Origin: a virus
Taxonomy: Duplodnaviria > Caudoviricetes
Length of the DNA: 28,857 nt
Virus record (IMG/VR): IMGVR_UViG_3300007754_000043
Span: 1 to 28,857 of that record
Strand: one strand, 5' to 3'
Positions 26,692 through 28,857 of this stretch are shown in pieces. The notes under the pieces are model-generated. The model made no database searches and was not told the origin of the DNA. It was given only the letters and a program-made list of their open reading frames with translations. Every line of letters starts with the position of its first letter. Within the stretch, counting starts at the first letter, position 1. A program made the position numbers and the translations under genes.

Positions 26692-26720
26692 TTGACAACA
26701 ACCTTACGAGCAGTTATATT
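26692..26720 (+). promoter_or_regulatory. Sigma70-type promoter for the membrane protein/clpP2 genes
   Basis: TTGACA (26692-26697), 17-nt spacer, TATATT (26715-26720); intergenic. Confidence 0.75.
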
Positions 26721-26758
26721 GACCACTAGGGTGTAAGCTCTGGTGGTCGATTTGTTTT
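26721..26758 (+). terminator. RNA hairpin with U-rich tail, probable terminator for the acidic-protein gene
   Basis: GACCACTAGGG / CTCTGGTGGTC 11-bp stem with two G-U pairs and a 6-nt loop, followed by GATTTGTTTT. Confidence 0.55.
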
Positions 26759-26775
26759 ACCGATAGGAGACGATA

Positions 26776-27183
26776 GTGGAATGGGGTGTCTTTACATTAA
26801 CCTTTATCTTCGGATACATAACTTGCAAGCTTCTTTACTTTATTAAGTCTACTCGTACTAGTCTTCTTCTTATCAAAGCTGCGCAAGTGGTGGCTACGTC
26901 TATTCTTGCCCGAGCAATCGAAGACTTTTATTTTGCTAAAGCCTACCGCATGGAAAAAATGGTAGAATCGCAAGAGTCCCACCACAATATCACGGCTTTT
27001 TCCTATCAGATGGAAGAAGAATTAACGTACTATAAGAAGAAAGCCGTCACAATGCTGGTGCAACTGCACCCTCCTCCTTTTGATCGAATATTGGATTTTA
27101 ATGATTGGGAAGGTGCAATGAGATACCTAGAAGCCAACAAAGATTTCGCCCTACAGTTTTTAATGAGAGGCCCCCATGATTAA
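26776..27183 (+). CDS. Hypothetical protein with an N-terminal hydrophobic (membrane-anchor) segment
   Basis: AGGAG RBS and GTG start; WGVFTLTFIFGYITCKLLYFI; overlaps the clpP2 start. Confidence 0.7.
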   Translation: MEWGVFTLTFIFGYITCKLLYFIKSTRTSLLLIKAAQVVATSILARAIEDFYFAKAYRMEKMVESQESHHNITAFSYQMEEELTYYKKKAVTMLVQLHPPPFDRILDFNDWEGAMRYLEANKDFALQFLMRGPHD

Positions 27184-27817
27184 ACGAATTAAGAAAGCGC
27201 TCACCACCTTTATCACTGACTTGGAGGAAGAAGAAGAAAAGAATTTAATTTTTTTTGATCCTTCGCAATTAAAAGAGCCCGAGCAAGAAGCGGCTCCTAT
27301 GGTAGGATTATTCGCAGAAGTAGTAGAAGAAAAAATAGGAGAATTAGTGCATGCGCTTTTGTATGCTAATGATCTTAATAAACACAAAGACCCCAAAGAT
27401 ATAGAACCTATCGATTTTTATATCTCTACCTACGGAGGCTCCGCTGACGATATGTTTGCCCTGTATGATGTAATGAGGGTGGTACGTGAACGCACGCCTC
27501 TTCATACTGTTGGGCTTGGCAAGGTAATGTCGGCGGGAGTATTAATCTTGGCTGCCGGCACCGAAGGCGAACGCAAGATTGCAAAGAACTGTCGGATCAT
27601 GATCCATTCAGTCGTCGGAGGCAACCAAGGAGACTTGCACAACATGTTAAATGAAATGGAAGCCATTGAGCAACTACAACAAATGTTCATTGATTGTTTA
27701 GTATCCGAAACAAAACTGACCAAATCACGATTGAAAAAGATGCTCGAACGCAAAGTTAATGTCTATTTATCAGCAGAAGAAGCAGTCGAGCTAGGTATTG
27801 CTGATATTATTATATAA
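27176..27817 (+). CDS. clpP: ClpP-family protease, paralogue 2 (Ser-His-Asn)
   Basis: FYISTYGGS, GLGKVMSAG (Ser), RIMIHS (His), VNVYLSAEEAVELGIAD with Asn195 at the catalytic Asp position. Confidence 0.88.
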   Translation: MIKRIKKALTTFITDLEEEEEKNLIFFDPSQLKEPEQEAAPMVGLFAEVVEEKIGELVHALLYANDLNKHKDPKDIEPIDFYISTYGGSADDMFALYDVMRVVRERTPLHTVGLGKVMSAGVLILAAGTEGERKIAKNCRIMIHSVVGGNQGDLHNMLNEMEAIEQLQQMFIDCLVSETKLTKSRLKKMLERKVNVYLSAEEAVELGIADIII

Positions 27818-27829
27818 GGAAAAGATGAG

Positions 27830-28857
27830 ATGTCCGAATTGGCCCAGATTTTAAAAGAAGAATATAACAAGACAATGGATCAACTGATGGATCCGCAGGC
27901 TCTTATGCAGTTGATTGAGGAAACATTGGACCAAGTATATGATAACGTAGTGGTGACCGAAGCGTCCACCAAGGTTTCCAAGGGAAAAGAGTTTTTATTA
28001 GTGTTGCCCAAATTCACTCCCACAGAAGCATGGGGAGATCCTGAGTCGATGGAACGCGCGCAAATCGAACGCCTGTTTAATGTTGTCGGAGGAGGAAGGA
28101 CTATTCAAGGAAAGCTAGCCTTTCTTCAACAAATTGCAGCCCCCGATAATAAAATTACGTCGCCTAGGCGCATTATTTCCTCGCTTATCATTCTCGAATC
28201 CCTGAGTGCGGTTGTTACGAGCTTTAATGCTGCCAGTGCAGGTTTTGTGTTCGAAGGGTTCATCGCAGCGTTGTTACAAGGGGAGCAAGTAGGGGAAGTG
28301 TCTGCCAAGGGAAACTTGCCAATTCAAGACTTGATTGCCTTTACTGAAAGTGATGATCCGTTGCCTATTAGTTTAAAGTTACTGGGCCTAAAAACCAATA
28401 TCGAAGGAAGCTATACTAATCTTGTGGATGGCTTAGCTGAGTTCGGTCGTATGGTTTATGTGGTAGCTCGCAAAGACGGTGAAAAAATTGCGATTGAGGA
28501 ATTTACTTTAACTCAAGACAATTTTATAGATGCCTTAACATTATCGGCCAAAGGCCGCGGCAAAGCAGCGGGCCTCCGCTTGTTTAAAATTGTAGGGACG
28601 CGGCTTTCTGCGGAAGAGTCTATTGAGAAACTGAAGGCTACGTCATCCTGGGATGAAAAGTATAAGTTGTTGCAGCATACGGCTGGATATTCCGAAAGAG
28701 TGCGCCGTAAAAGACAGGCTGAGTGGGGGATAGACGACGCCCCTCCGTTTGGTGATGACAGGCCGGCCGCACCACAAGCTTCCGACACAGAGGATGCGGG
28801 ATGGCGCCAAGCAATGCGCGCACCAAGCGAGGAGGAGCTTACTACCAAACAACGAGT
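27830..28857 (+). CDS. 3'-truncated ORF absent from the supplied track; putative restriction-endonuclease-like (PD-(D/E)XK) fold protein
   Basis: My translation from ATG 27830 (after AAGGA) is MSELAQILKEEY... with no stop before the window end. It contains AGFVFEGFIAALL...PIQDLIAF...PISLKLL. Confidence 0.7.
   Translation, partial: MSELAQILKEEYNKTMDQLMDPQALMQLIEETLDQVYDNVVVTEASTKVSKGKEFLLVLPKFTPTEAWGDPESMERAQIERLFNVVGGGRTIQGKLAFLQQIAAPDNKITSPRRIISSLIILESLSAVVTSFNAASAGFVFEGFIAALLQGEQVGEVSAKGNLPIQDLIAFTESDDPLPISLKLLGLKTNIEGSYTNLVDGLAEFGRMVYVVARKDGEKIAIEEFTLTQDNFIDALTLSAKGRGKAAGLRLFKIVGTRLSAEESIEKLKATSSWDEKYKLLQHTAGYSERVRRKRQAEWGIDDAPPFGDDRPAAPQASDTEDAGWRQAMRAPSEEELTTKQR

Noticed and set aside
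258-28852. The many 60-135 aa minus-strand ORFs and alternative-frame plus-strand ORFs in the track
   Set aside because: They lie antisense to or inside well-supported genes and show no recognisable motifs; consistent with shadow ORFs in a single-strand-coded region.
1-28857. Cellular chromosome origin suggested by recA, dnaE, clpP, groES and guaB-like genes
   Set aside because: A gp32-type SSB, phage Dam, a hub-like protein, groES without groEL, single-strand dense packing and divergent sequences fit a large phage better.
1-28857. tRNA, CRISPR array, riboswitch or alternative genetic code
   Set aside because: Intergenic gaps are under about 90 nt with no cloverleaf or spaced repeats. TAA, TAG and TGA all end genes at expected domain boundaries.

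Overview
This window looks like part of a large tailed dsDNA bacteriophage genome rather than a cellular chromosome. All credible genes lie on the + strand, tightly packed, and several overlap by ATGA/TAATG. It begins inside a probable baseplate-hub/tail gene. A replication/recombination block follows: a miniaturised family-A polymerase, a degenerate tubulin/FtsZ-like protein, a gp32-type SSB, a ParB-N-like protein, RecA/UvsX, a stand-alone 5'-3' exonuclease, a DnaB/gp41 helicase and a DnaE (Pol III alpha) with an intact PHP site. Also present are nucleotide-supply genes (class II RNR, dUTPase, thioredoxin, IMPDH/GMPR), proteostasis genes (GroES, a J-domain protein, two ClpP paralogues), an amidase, a phage Dam-type methylase, a DUF59/SufT protein and probable head-associated acidic proteins. 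The window ends inside an ORF missing from the supplied track that has a restriction-endonuclease-like motif. A recurrent TTGACA-17-TATATT-type promoter, usually with an extended -10 TG, punctuates the region and often sits inside the 3' end of the upstream gene. The most unusual items are (1) the coupled unknown/mini-PolA/pseudo-tubulin cassette coexisting with DnaE, (2) a coupled pair of apparently degenerate nucleotide-binding proteins just upstream of dnaE, (3) a Ser-His-Asp plus Ser-His-Asn ClpP pair and (4) the nuclease-fold protein. All calls come from motif recognition by eye; no database searches were run and the host is unknown. I saw no tRNA, rRNA, CRISPR array, intein or transposase.
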